From NCBI GenBank assembly GCA_964016885.1, contig OZ024741.1, positions 306,404,001 to 306,468,000 of the forward strand: a DNA stretch of 64,000 bases. Direction: 5' to 3'. Position 1 is the first letter of the stretch, and every line of letters starts with the position of its first letter. Below, piece after piece: positions 40,901 to 49,237 of this stretch. The position numbers and the translations under genes were made by a program. The notes beneath the pieces were generated by a model. The model searched no databases. It worked only from the letters and a program-made list of their open reading frames with translations, and was not told the DNA's origin. Source of the stretch: Eledone cirrhosa. Lineage: Eukaryota.

Positions 40901-43900
40901 GAATCTTCCTTTTAGCACCAAGGCACCTACAAAAACGCTGCATCAGAAATTTTTCATTGTATCCCTGTCCTACCATATGTTCTATAAGTTTATTCACTAC
41001 CTCCGTAGAAACATTCATCTTGCCATTTACCCTACTGTAACATATAACTTGATTAGAAAACACATTGTATCCTAAGGGTACTGGTGCATAGCTAGATGCA
41101 AAGGGAATGACTACAATTAGGAATAAATACATCATCAATAAACCTACAACATCCACACAACTGTCTAATTAGGCTTATTATTTTAAGCTTCCTTAACTCC
41201 TCCAGATAGTAAAACACACAGGAGGATAAATATAAATCTGCCAGAAATGAGCTACAGTTTCCACCCATTGGTATGCTTCTGATCTGACTGAAAACATTGC
41301 CTGTGAATGTAACATAAAAATTATTTACTATATATATATGTGTGTGTTCATAGCTGAAGATTAGTGATGACAAGCCATAAATACAGAGGCACATAATGTA
41401 GAATATGTGCCTCTGTCAATAAAGACTATGAAACTGTGAGCCCCTTGAATATTCAGCTAATACTATGTATCTATGAATATATATATCCAGCCCACTCTGT
41501 AAAATGGTAGCATTGGTATCACAATAAATTGTAGCCAACCACTCCATTAAGAGTTATGTGCGCGTTACTCTTTTCTTTCAATATGTTAGTTGAATGGTAA
41601 AAAATGCATGACTGAATTGAACCACCAAATAAAAAAAAATATTTACCATTGTTTCCGGAACTGTCTTCCAATTTCAGTTTTTGGAATTTATCTTCAGTTT
41701 CTGAAACATTAAATATAAATAAAAATAAAAACACACACTTATACCCTGCATCCCTGTAATGTGGGGATGAACCAATTTGTCAACCCCTCTAGTGTAGGTG
41801 CCACATTAAAATTTATCCACTACACTCTATAAAATGGTAGTGCTGTTGTCATGATAAAATACATCCAGTACACTATGCAAAGAGGTAGTGCCAGTGTCAT
41901 AATAAAATGCACCCAATACACTTTGTAAGATACTAGTGCTGGCATCACAGTAAAATGCACACAGTACCTGTTATACTACAGTTGGCATTTTGAGGGGTGT
42001 CCAGCCACAGAAGCCATGCCAATGATGGAGCATATGAACAAGACATGATCCTCTGACTTGTCTAATCTCAAACAGTGCTAGCCCATCCCATCTATGAGTG
42101 CATGGAAAACGGATATAAAAATTGTTTATTGTTATCAAAATTGATTTAATATTCAATTTTTTAAGAAGCAGTCTTACTTTCAAATTGTTGACCTTTTAAC
42201 CCTTTAGTATTTAAACCGGCCATATATGGCTAGAATTCTCTCACCTTTTTTTGTTCAAACTGGTCATAACCTGCTGCTCATACTGATTAACCCTTTAGCA
42301 TTTACATTACTCTATATTTACTATTGTATTTTCACAGTAAAGGCTTTATCTCACATAATATTGAATCAATGAGATTTTGATATTATTTATTTTGAGATCA
42401 CACAACCGTGACCACTGGCGTCACGCAGTAATACAGAGTACCCGACCTCCCATGGGTACAAGCTGAAGCATATAGACAATATGCCCCACACCCTCCCACT
42501 GCAAGGTGGTCGTGGAGGTGCCACGGCAAAAAAGCACCTAGCCCACACTGTAAAGTGGACGTGTAGGCGCCACGAAAAAGCACCCAGCACTCACTGTAAA
42601 TGAGGTTGGTGTTAGGAAGGGCATCCAGCTGTAGAAATCAAGCCAAATCAGTTTCTGTATGAGCAAGGCATGGTCAGCCGACCAGACACTGCCCACAACA
42701 GGACAACCCGTCTAACCCATGCCAGCGTGGAAGAACGGACGTAAAACGGTGATAATGATGATGATCAATGCCTTAACATCAGTATAAGCAGCTGGTTTGA
42801 ACAGAAAGAGGTGAAATAATTTTGGCCGGTTACGGCCGGTTTAAATGCTAAAGGGTTAAGGTATTGTTCTCAAAATAGATAATAATATCATCTAAATCTC
42901 GTAGATTCACGATTATGTGAAACAACGCCTTTACTGCACAAATACAATAGTTTTTATAGAGTAATGTAAATGATTAACTGCTATGTAACATTAAATTGTC
43001 AAATGATTTTATCTGGGCACAAACCTTATAACAATTGAGTAATGGTGGTCAAGCTTCCCAGAGCTATAGAAACCTTTCATTATCTTGTTTGGAAAGGGTG
43101 GGGCTTGTCAGAGTCGTTAGAGCATCAGACAATTGCTTAGCAGTGTTCAACATTCTGGGTTCAATTTCTGCTAAAGTTAACTTTGCTTTTCATTCTTCCA
43201 AAATCAATAAAATAAAGTACCAGTGATATAATCAACTTTCCTCTTGCCCAGAAATTTATGGCTTTGTGCCTATGCTAGAAACCATATCCTGTGTTTGGCA
43301 TCCTCCCATGTTTCATTGCCTCAAGCAGCCTCCATCCTTTTCTGTGTTAAGAGGAATCCTGTTTCTCTAAGGGTAAAATAGGTGATTTAACCCTTTAACA
43401 TTTACATTACTCTATATTTACTATTATATTTTCATGGTAAAGGATTTACCTCACATATCGAATCTATGAGATTTTGATATTATTTATGTGGAGAACAATA
43501 CTTAACATCAGTATGAGCAGTCAGTTACAGCCTGTTTGAACAGAAAGAGGTAAGAGAATTCTGGCCAGTTTAAATGTTAAAGGGTTAAACAGGACATGTC
43601 TGAACATTGAGATGCTTTTGACATATCCTGTCAATGGGTGTTGCATGCTGTTTTGATACAATCTAAATTTGACAGTTAATGAACTCAATTCATGTTGTAT
43701 ATTAGCTGTGCAAGGCTGCATTTATCAACTGCATTTATCAACATGCTGCCACTTGCTAATGTTGGCAATTCAACCCTTTAGCATTTACATTACTCTATAT
43801 TTACTATTGTATTTTCATGGTAAAGGCTTTATCTCACAATTATCTCATTTAATATCGAATCTAAGAGATTTTGATATTACTTATTTTGAGAACAATACCT

Positions 43901-46162
43901 TAACATCCGTATGAGTGGCCAGTCACAGCCAGTTTGAACATAAAGAGGTGAGAGAATTCTGGCCAGATACAACTGGTTTAAATGCTAAAGGGTTAATGAG
44001 TAGCAATGAATTATGAATAACAACAGCATTGAGTGTGGGTGCTGATATTTGTGCTCCATCATTGTGGAAAGACCAAGAATTATTTGGGATTACATGGACT
44101 TTTCTGCTGGTAGATTTCTTGGAGATCATCAGGATAATGAATTTATTTTTTACTCATGGCAAAAGACCGGATGGTATGACTTTGTATCCTTGGACACTAT
44201 CAGCTCTAGGATGCTATTGTGGTAGACTTTCATGCTGTACTCTCAGGTTCCAAATACTAGGGTGTGTGGAATAAGCAGAGAGTTGGAATGAAAAATTAAT
44301 AAGCGGTGGGGGGACGATTATTTAAAAACTGAGATAAGTCATGTCTTTAACCCATTCATGACTGTATTTCTAATTAAATATACTCTATTTTAATTAATTA
44401 ATGAAGAGCTTTGAGGGATTTCCCTAAAATCATTATTTCATTTGAAAGATACTTAACATATGGGTTCTTATATAAAATTATTGGAAGATTTTAATTTAAA
44501 TAGGAACCCTTTAAAACAGAAGATATTGTTTTATAGTACCTGAGCCAGTTTTATATGAAAAGGGTTAATGAAGAATTTTGAAGGATTTACTAAAATTATT
44601 ATTTCAGGACTAAAATAATAAATTAGCATATGGTTCTGATATAAAATTATGTTAGAAGATTCTAATTTAAATTAGAACCCATTAAAATTGGGTTGTTTTG
44701 TTTCATAGAACTAGAGTCAGTTTTAGTTGGATTGATCTCAAAAGAGTTAATGGTGTTGTTCTTGCTGATAAAGCAGCAGAAGAAATATAGATTTCTATAA
44801 ATCTTGTGGCGCAACATTCTGTGGCACATTCTCTGCCCCAGCTTAGTCACCTCAGCCACAAACCCCGGTATCACAGCTCGCAATGCAGAGGACAGGAAGA
44901 CAAGCAAATACTGGAGCTTGTCCAGCCGCCTCCTCTTTTGCCCTGGTCGCCGTCGAGACCGCAGGCGTTCTCAGAATCCAGACAGCTGACCTCCTCTGTA
45001 AAATCAGATCAATTGCAGCCCATCTGAGGCAGAAGCCCCACAAGGTGTGGTGGCTGTTGCTGGTTATTGTCCGCGGAAATACTTTTGCCATTTTGTCCAT
45101 GGGGAACAGCCAAACCACCACTCTGACCTAGGTGCAGAGTCTATCAACTCCCCACCTCCCATTTCTTTCTTCCTTTGTCTAATAGTCCTTGCTCTTCCCC
45201 TCCTTTTCTTCTCATTTATGGCATTTGTAGTCCTTTCCAATGCCGCTTTCTTTTTTTTTGTATGTTTAACCAATTTATATTTATTTCTACAAATTAAATG
45301 TTATCTCCCAACCTCCGGGGAAACGCCTTCCTCATTCTGTCCGCATGGGCTGTGATGAGGCCAACACGAGGGACCCCATTTGTTCACCACACGGAGACGG
45401 GGGGCGAGAGACATGGAGGCGATGACAGTGGGAGTTCGGCTCTTCCACGTTAGGAACATATCCTTGTGGTTGTGTTCATTAAGCAGTTAATAAGTCTGTT
45501 TATGTATAGACATAGGTACCAGCTATATATTGTGGTTGATTTAGTACGTAGCTGACAAATATAGCGGTTGTTTTCCACGATAGACTACTTTGCTTATCTA
45601 TATTATTCTATCTCCCAACTATATTTTCATCAAATAGCTTTTGAAATTTCTGGTGTGTTTAACTCTTTAACATATTCGTTATTGTTTGATTTGGGTTTTA
45701 AAATTTATTGACACAACTGGGAAATACTTTCATTCTATTCATTCATGTTATTACTGTTGAAGTAGTTGACGGTGGTATTTAACGATAACAAGCAAAACTA
45801 AAAAAAAATATATAATAATTGTAGTTTCTAAAGCGATGTTTATACTACGACGACAACTTACAAAAAATTTTACAAACTAGTTCTGCACGCTAGACTAATT
45901 TAACTTAATAGTAAAAGAAAATGTTTAAAACGAAATGTATGTGTATCTGTATTGCAAGAACTCACGACCTCCAGTTCACGAAATCTTAGTCGTGTTGTAT
46001 TACATCAACCTAAAACGAAGAACTACGAACAATAAGGAAAAAAGTGCTGTGTTTCAAACTACACAGAAATGTTAAACTTCAAATCACTACTTTACCTGTT
46101 TTTAAAAGATTAATACATGGACTGTGTCCCCAAAAAGATATGGAACCGTAACCATCAATCAT
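10981..46162 (-). CDS. DNAAF3: Dynein axonemal assembly factor 3 (DNAAF3/PF22) gene, 16 coding exons, 491 aa
   Basis: Hand-spliced exons (5'->3'): 46162-46096, 41700-41647, 38361-38267, 37079-36986, 35527-35434, 30430-30367, 29554-29472, 27578-27485, 25852-25730, 23811-23689, 22667-22556, 21496-21365, 20597-20483, 15543-15469, 13409-13328, 11049-10981. All introns GT-AG, phases consistent, total 1476 nt. Family motifs: GYGSISFWGHSP, NILLIGSADLRHVFKT, FYILESRFEIYARHLLL, LKFKERDFLE, RYDTKMNAFDWDYHM, RGYWGDILVGPY. Confidence 0.95.
11938..12280 (+). mobile_element. SINE family A, full-length copy in DNAAF3 intron 15
   Basis: tRNA-like head through ggacgtaaaa(tga)n tail. Confidence 0.88.
13328..13409 (-). 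CDS. DNAAF3: DNAAF3 exon 15 (FMLDLKKEKLQDFIDKATEKALSIGCK)
   Basis: caacag/gtaaga sites; phase 2-0. Confidence 0.88.
13443..13830. repeat. Three degenerate tandem ~140-150-bp units
   Basis: tgataccaa...ggttctatgaaat...aaaaccttc..cataatt repeated three times. Confidence 0.65.
13878..14300 (+). mobile_element. LTR-like dispersed repeat (other copies at ~49344-49920 and ~51150-51420)
   Basis: All copies begin TGTA(G/C)CAAGCTACTTTCC; internal AATAAA; this copy ends tgctata and is followed by tTGGTG; no clear TSD. Confidence 0.5.
15469..15543 (-). CDS. DNAAF3: DNAAF3 exon 14 (SIHNLIPEITQTFSNETKIIIETAK)
   Basis: ctcaag/gtgagt sites; phase 2-2; H.L.PE and I.E.A motifs. Confidence 0.88.
15765..20070 (-). 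mobile_element. Near-full-length CR1/L2-group LINE in DNAAF3 intron 13 (ORF1 plus APE-RT ORF2, frameshifted)
   Basis: APE motifs SLNAHSL, VTETW, GVVYRPP, AGDFN, LDLLFT, SDHA; RT motifs NYRPVSLTS, YLDFAKAF, GVPQGSVLGP, KYADD; C-terminal TRGH..K and WNKLP; ORF1 at ~18743-19855. Confidence 0.95.
20170..20345 (-). mobile_element. RTE RT fragment
   Basis: Degenerate match to the GVHQGSVLSP...WELL region at 5780-5950. Confidence 0.7.
20483..20597 (-). CDS. DNAAF3: DNAAF3 exon 13 (ESIPVDSFKVIFLPFDAIKSMPLKQQYKYLFDIVYFSN)
   Basis: ttccag/gtgagt sites; F.V.FLP motif. Confidence 0.9.
21365..21496 (-). CDS. DNAAF3: DNAAF3 exon 12, acidic low-complexity (EIIEEEEDPKDTEDPKNTEDPKDTEDSNVTQTNKTDSRDSEAEY)
   Basis: ttacag/gtaagt sites; phase 1-1; open frame. 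Confidence 0.82.
21966..22293. mobile_element. TA-bounded MITE (TIR tactctcaggtcccaaataa / ttattcaagatccgagagta)
   Basis: Imperfect ~20-bp TIRs; related copies at 37174-37511 and 44238-44335, split ends at 47728 and 51493. Confidence 0.7.
22556..22667 (-). CDS. DNAAF3: DNAAF3 exon 11 (TARNVTEYNLTSMFHTIMTGERYIPPKETDPADIKVT)
   Basis: ttgtag/gtaagc sites; TA..VT..N motif. Confidence 0.9.
22758..23000. mobile_element. piggyBac-type MITE (TTAA-CCCTTTAGCATTTA...TAAATGCTAAAGGG-TTAA)
   Basis: 14-bp TIRs and TTAA flanks; copies at ~14947-15143, 29789-30000, 42196-42976, 43388-43588, 43771-43995, 59845-60065. Confidence 0.85.
23689..23811 (-). CDS. DNAAF3: DNAAF3 exon 10 (NGERINVRGYWGDILVGPYIAMGIESDFKELFKKFNGLYRK)
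   Basis: ctgcag/gtaagt sites; RGYWGDI..GP motif. Confidence 0.95.
24790..25235 (+). mobile_element. Degenerate RTE-like LINE 3' end (related copy at 59069-59190)
   Basis: AKPTGRRCRGR...W-like coding remnant ending in aagaagaaga; the same 3' end precedes the (GAA)n at 59190. Confidence 0.6.
25730..25852 (-). CDS. DNAAF3: DNAAF3 exon 9 (ADVIDQHEYKNWRNIGVAFENRDGDYVHPNTTLASGITLMK)
   Basis: ttaaag/gtaggt sites; part of ORF 25592..25864; WR..GVAFE and PN.TLAS motifs. Confidence 0.93.
26075..26112 (-). ncRNA. Minimal type I hammerhead ribozyme motif (Penelope pLTR-type)
   Basis: Minus strand GTCTT-CTGATGA-A-GGA-CTATCG-TTC-GAAA-CG-TT-AAGAC: 5-bp stem I, both core boxes, 3-bp stem II with one G-U pair, palindromic ACGT minimal stem III. 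Confidence 0.75.
26507..26825. mobile_element. hAT-type MITE with 8-bp TSD
   Basis: CAGGGG...CCCCTG termini flanked by a perfect CTCTAGAT duplication (26499-26506 and 26826-26833). Confidence 0.9.
26834..27250 (+). mobile_element. RTE RT fragment
   Basis: Degenerate LDEMLFGF, AFVDLEKAFDRIP, GVHQGSVLSPLLF. Confidence 0.85.
27485..27578 (-). CDS. DNAAF3: DNAAF3 exon 8 (ENRLRCYLKARYDTKMNAFDWDYHMRLIEIG)
   Basis: ttttag/gtattg sites; RLR.YL..RYD.....DWD..M motif. Confidence 0.93.
27907..28214. repeat. Fold-back inverted repeat with 148-bp arms and a 12-nt spacer
   Basis: 27907-28054 is the reverse complement of 28067-28214; no mismatch noticed by eye. Confidence 0.95.
28585..28882 (+). mobile_element. 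CR1-type LINE 3' fragment flanked by inverted SINE B copies (28227-28420 minus, 28895-29082 plus)
   Basis: Matches the 3' end of the 15765-20070 element (catgactttcggaaacatttt...gagttgtagtgcacctgagcact). Confidence 0.88.
29472..29554 (-). CDS. DNAAF3: DNAAF3 exon 7 (FKERDFLEGIMKFWRNTNKDLFDISMCW)
   Basis: tagtag/gtaagt sites; FKERD.LE...FW motif. Confidence 0.93.
30022..30100 (-). pseudogene. tRNA-like fragment (SINE head or tRNA pseudogene)
   Basis: TGGCTTAATGG A box and GGTTTGATTCC B box; acceptor stem imperfect. Confidence 0.45.
30367..30430 (-). CDS. DNAAF3: DNAAF3 exon 6 (MITDFNYLKEKLPIVDLSRLK)
   Basis: ttttag/gtaatc sites; phase 2-0. Confidence 0.9.
31151..34701. repeat. 40-bp tandem satellite (~89 units) in DNAAF3 intron 5
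   Basis: Consensus CATAACT(AC/GT)AGACTATATATAGTACATGAGTGTGTGATGA. Confidence 0.98.
35434..35527 (-). CDS. DNAAF3: DNAAF3 exon 5 (DKVELYLELYGNSLIRKQSLKYLQKMCNEFIR)
   Basis: ttccag/gtgata sites; LE.YGN.L.R motif. Confidence 0.92.
35661..36001 (-). mobile_element. SINE family A copy in DNAAF3 intron 4
   Basis: Reverse complement of 11938-12280. Confidence 0.88.
36010..36470 (-). mobile_element. RTE-type 3' UTR with an expanded 48-bp tandem module (~6 copies)
   Basis: accactttacagtgtggactgggtgctttttgtcatgacacctacatg repeated from ~36165 to 36460. Confidence 0.8.
36986..37079 (-). CDS. DNAAF3: DNAAF3 exon 4 (FYILESRFEIYARHLLLLAIALQSPKLLGLQ)
   Basis: ttgtag/gtattt sites; in frame; conserved ARH.L motif. 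Confidence 0.93.
38267..38361 (-). CDS. DNAAF3: DNAAF3 exon 3 (DPINILLIGSADLRHVFKTVTSTNKQINRKLH)
   Basis: ttccag/gtaagt sites; conserved ILL.GS.D.RH motif. Confidence 0.93.
38903..40133 (+). mobile_element. RTE LINE 3' fragment (degenerate), same family as 2551-3655
   Basis: Collinear with 2625-3470; 48-bp modules and (ATG)n tail. Confidence 0.88.
40875..41380 (-). mobile_element. Penelope-like element reverse transcriptase fragment
   Basis: YVTFTGNVFSQIRSIPMGGNCSSFLADLYL...RFIDD, then after a deletion YNVFSNQVICYSR...LIEHMVGQGY. Confidence 0.8.
41647..41700 (-). CDS. DNAAF3: DNAAF3 exon 2 (ETEDKFQKLKLEDSSGNN)
   Basis: tttcag acceptor, gtaaat donor, phase 1-1, 54 nt; variable linker, and skipping it would keep the frame. 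Confidence 0.7.
42196..42976. mobile_element. Nested piggyBac-type MITE / inverted MITE / RTE 3' fragment
   Basis: Outer MITE from 42200; inner inverted copy 42291-42855 between TTAAs; RTE tail at ~42399-42765. Confidence 0.85.
44800..45295 (+). mobile_element. CRE-type (RLE) non-LTR retrotransposon 3' fragment
   Basis: SATNPGITARNAEDRKTSKY...VAVETAGVL...IVRGNTFAIL, collinear with 48040-48340; pyrimidine-rich 3' UTR. Confidence 0.75.
46096..46162 (-). CDS. DNAAF3: DNAAF3 exon 1 (MIDGYGSISFWGHSPCINLLKT)
   Basis: ATG at 46162; donor gtaaag; matches the conserved N-terminal G.GS.S.WG.SP motif. Confidence 0.93.
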
Positions 46163-46214
46163 ATTGTAAAAAAAAAGTAAGTATATAAATAGAAGACAAA
46201 ATTGTTCGAACAAC

Positions 46215-46257
46215 GTAAACACAAATTTGAATTTGTTGTGAGCTATTGCTTAGCAAC
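46215..46257 (-). promoter_or_regulatory. Candidate forkhead (FOXJ1-type) site and RFX X-box upstream of DNAAF3
   Basis: GTAAACA at 46215-46221; GTTGCTAAGCAAT on the minus strand at 46257-46245; 50-95 nt upstream of the ATG; typical of motile-cilium genes. Confidence 0.6.
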
Positions 46258-47835
46258 AAACCATGCTGCATAAGAAATTTTATTATAAATAGAAATATTC
46301 ATAAATCTTATTATAAAAATAATTACCTATGTTAAGTATTTAAAAAATAAATTTTTAATCCATTAGAATATTGTAAAATTATATTATTTTCTCGAATAAG
46401 AAGTTGTATAAAGTGCGAGCCTATTATTATAATGCCCGTTACTTTATTAAATCAATTTATTCGCCGAGAGGATTTGTTAACGTTTTCATTTCATAAAAAA
46501 AATATTTAAAAATATCTTTGTAAACAACATAGCAAGATAAATTTCTAGATCCCCCCCCTCATTCGATTTCCGTGGGCAAAAAAGCTTTTCCTCGATTTTT
46601 GTTCGTGTTCTATAACTAATCTAACTTCCAAGATTCTGGCAAACGACTTTTTTGAAGGGAAACGGAAACCCTAACCTGGAAAAAAAGTCGATTGCAAGCA
46701 TCTAAGAGGTCCTGAAAATCGAGGAAAGTTAATTATTTCACACTAAACGTGAGAGAGATGTAGATCTGCTAAACTCCGATGGTCTTTCTCCCTTCTTCTT
46801 CTACAAATCTAGTTGTTTCCGACTATTCACTAATAACAGGCGAAAAGAAATGGTAGAAAAAATTCCAAGGAGAGGGGTCTGTTGGGGGACACCCACTCAA
46901 CCCCTCCGTTTTCCGGCAAACAAGTCGATTGTTTGGATCTTGGAGGTCAGATTTGTTGATAGCACTGAAAAAAAAAAACGAGGAAAACCCACTGAAACCG
47001 AAAATTGTAAATTAAACAAATAAAGGTTTTAAATTTAAAAATTCTGACTGTAACACAATCTGTTTTTAAGCATCAAAATCTTTCTATATTTTCCGTGTTT
47101 ATCTTCACGAATTTTCTACTAGATGCCATAACTTCACATTTTTGGACATAATATTGAATTGTAGCGGTGTTTATAAACTGGTTTAAACTAGGAATGCGAA
47201 TTTGATTTGTATATTTCTATTATTTAATCACATTTTCCCGAATTGAAATATTTGTACAGAATAAATGTGAGGACAACTGTAGCTGGTTAATGCCATTGTA
47301 TTTCAATATTATGATAGAAAACATGAAGTTAGGGGTGTTTAGCAGACGATATGTTAAGAAGGAAACAAGAAAACGTTTGTCTTACAGAGTTATATCCCTT
47401 AGATCATAACTTTTTCTTTAGCAAAAGCTTATACAGTACTTGCTCAGCTCACTACCTGTTGGATGCATTAAAGGATAGCTAATTAAGCCAGCTAACATGA
47501 AACACTTGCACAGTAATTTCGATCTCTACTTTTTATTTTATAGTATAATTTTTAAAATTTGTTTTACCTTTTATTTTATGTTTAAATAAAATCATTATTT
47601 AAAGTTTTTGCTAAAATAAAATATTCAGAAGAAATTGTTCTATAGAAGGTGTTACAAAAACATTTACGAACAAAAGCAACTTGGATTCATTTTTTAATTT
47701 GCTTTTTTTACGTTGGAATTCTAAACCTACTCTCGGGTCCCAAATAAAAAGGAGTGGGTTGGAACAAGCGGGGTGGATGGAACATCGGTAATTTTTCTAG
47801 GTTGTCTCCGTTGCCTCTTATTAAAGCAGAATTAG

Positions 47836-48540
47836 TTGTTTCGGTTTCCCCGGCATGCCGCTCTCAACAACATATTGAGAAGAAGCCTGGACGCAACTGG
47901 TTTTCAATCTCTATTTGAGCCAGCAGGCCTAGACCGCGGAGATGGCAAGCGCCCTGACGGAATCACCCTCTTCCCATTCGAAGTGGGTAGATCCCTCATC
48001 TGGGACGCCACCTGCTGCGACACGTCCTCCACCTTGAACTTAGTCGCCTCGGCCACAAACCCTGGCATAGCAGGCCACCTTGCAGAAAAACGTAAAATAA
48101 ACAAATACTAGGGTTTGTCCGGCCGCTTCCTCTTCGTACCAGTCGCCGTCGAGACCTCAGGCGTACTTGCACTCCGTACTGCCGAACTCCTCCGCAAGAT
48201 CAGAGCGTCAGTGGGCCGTCTGAGGAGGAAGCCCCGCGAGGTTGGGTGGCTGTTGCAGCGGGCGTCACTAGCCATTGTCTGGGGGAATATGTTTGCCATC
48301 TTGTCAGCGGGGTGCAACACTTTTGCCTTCTTGCCCTAGGCCCAATCACCCTCTCCCTTCACCACTCCCCTCTCTTCTGCGATACCTGTGCTCTTGCCAT
48401 CCCCTCCCTTTCCCGTTCTTTTTCTTCTTCCTTTTTCTCTCTCTCTTTTTTCTATATTTACCTATTCCTTCTTTCCTTTTGTTTCCCCTTTTTATTTTTT
48501 CTTACCAAATCAATACTGTATGAAAAATAAAGCCATTATT
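47836..48540 (+). mobile_element. CRE-type non-LTR retrotransposon restriction-like endonuclease domain plus 3' UTR
   Basis: RHAALN...GKRPDG...IWDAT...AEKRKINKY*...FVPVAVETSG...LLQRASLAIVWGN; one in-frame stop; AATAAA near 48526. Confidence 0.85.
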
Positions 48541-48543
48541 AAA

Positions 48544-49237
48544 TGGCAGTATCGGTAGAGGGTCGGACGCCATGCTTTCTAGCATAGTTACGTCCCTTTA
48601 CAGTCTGAGTTCAAATCCCGCCGAGGTTAACTTTGCCTTTCATCCTTACGGGGTCGATAAAATAAAGTACCAGTAATGTACTGGATATTTGCTGGCCTTG
48701 TGCCAAAAGTAGAAACAATTATTAAACGAGAGGACGGTGGATTGGCAGTATCGGTAGAGGGTCGGACGCCACGCTTTGACGCATAGAGTTACGGCCCTTA
48801 TCATTCTGAGTTCAAATCCCGCCGAGGTTAACTTTGTCTTTCATCCTTACGGGGTTGATAAAATAAAGTACCAGTAATGTACTGGCTAATTGCTGGTCTT
48901 GTGCCAAAAGTAGAAACAATTATTAAACGAGGTTAACTATGCCTTTCATCTTTACGGGGTCAATAAAATAAAGTACCAGTAATACACTGTTATAATTGCT
49001 GGCCTTGTGCTAAAAGTAGAAACAATTATTAAATTGAGACTGACGGTATATTGGCAGTATAGGTAGAGGGTTGGACGCTATGCTTTGCAGAATAGAGTTA
49101 CGGCCCTTTGCGGTCTGAGTTCAAATCCCCACGAGGTTAACTTTGCCTTTCATCCTTATGGGATCGATAAAATAAAGTACCCGTAATGCACTGAGATAAT
49201 TGCTGGCCTAGTGACAAAAGTAGAAACAATTATTAAA
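48544..49237 (+). mobile_element. Tandem array of four SINE B units
   Basis: Each unit ends aaaagtagaaacaattattaaa; the third unit lacks the tRNA head. Confidence 0.88.

Noticed and set aside
46585-46990. Degenerate inverted repeat upstream of DNAAF3 as a regulatory RNA
   Set aside because: The arms are heavily diverged; most simply an old MITE remnant, with no evidence of function
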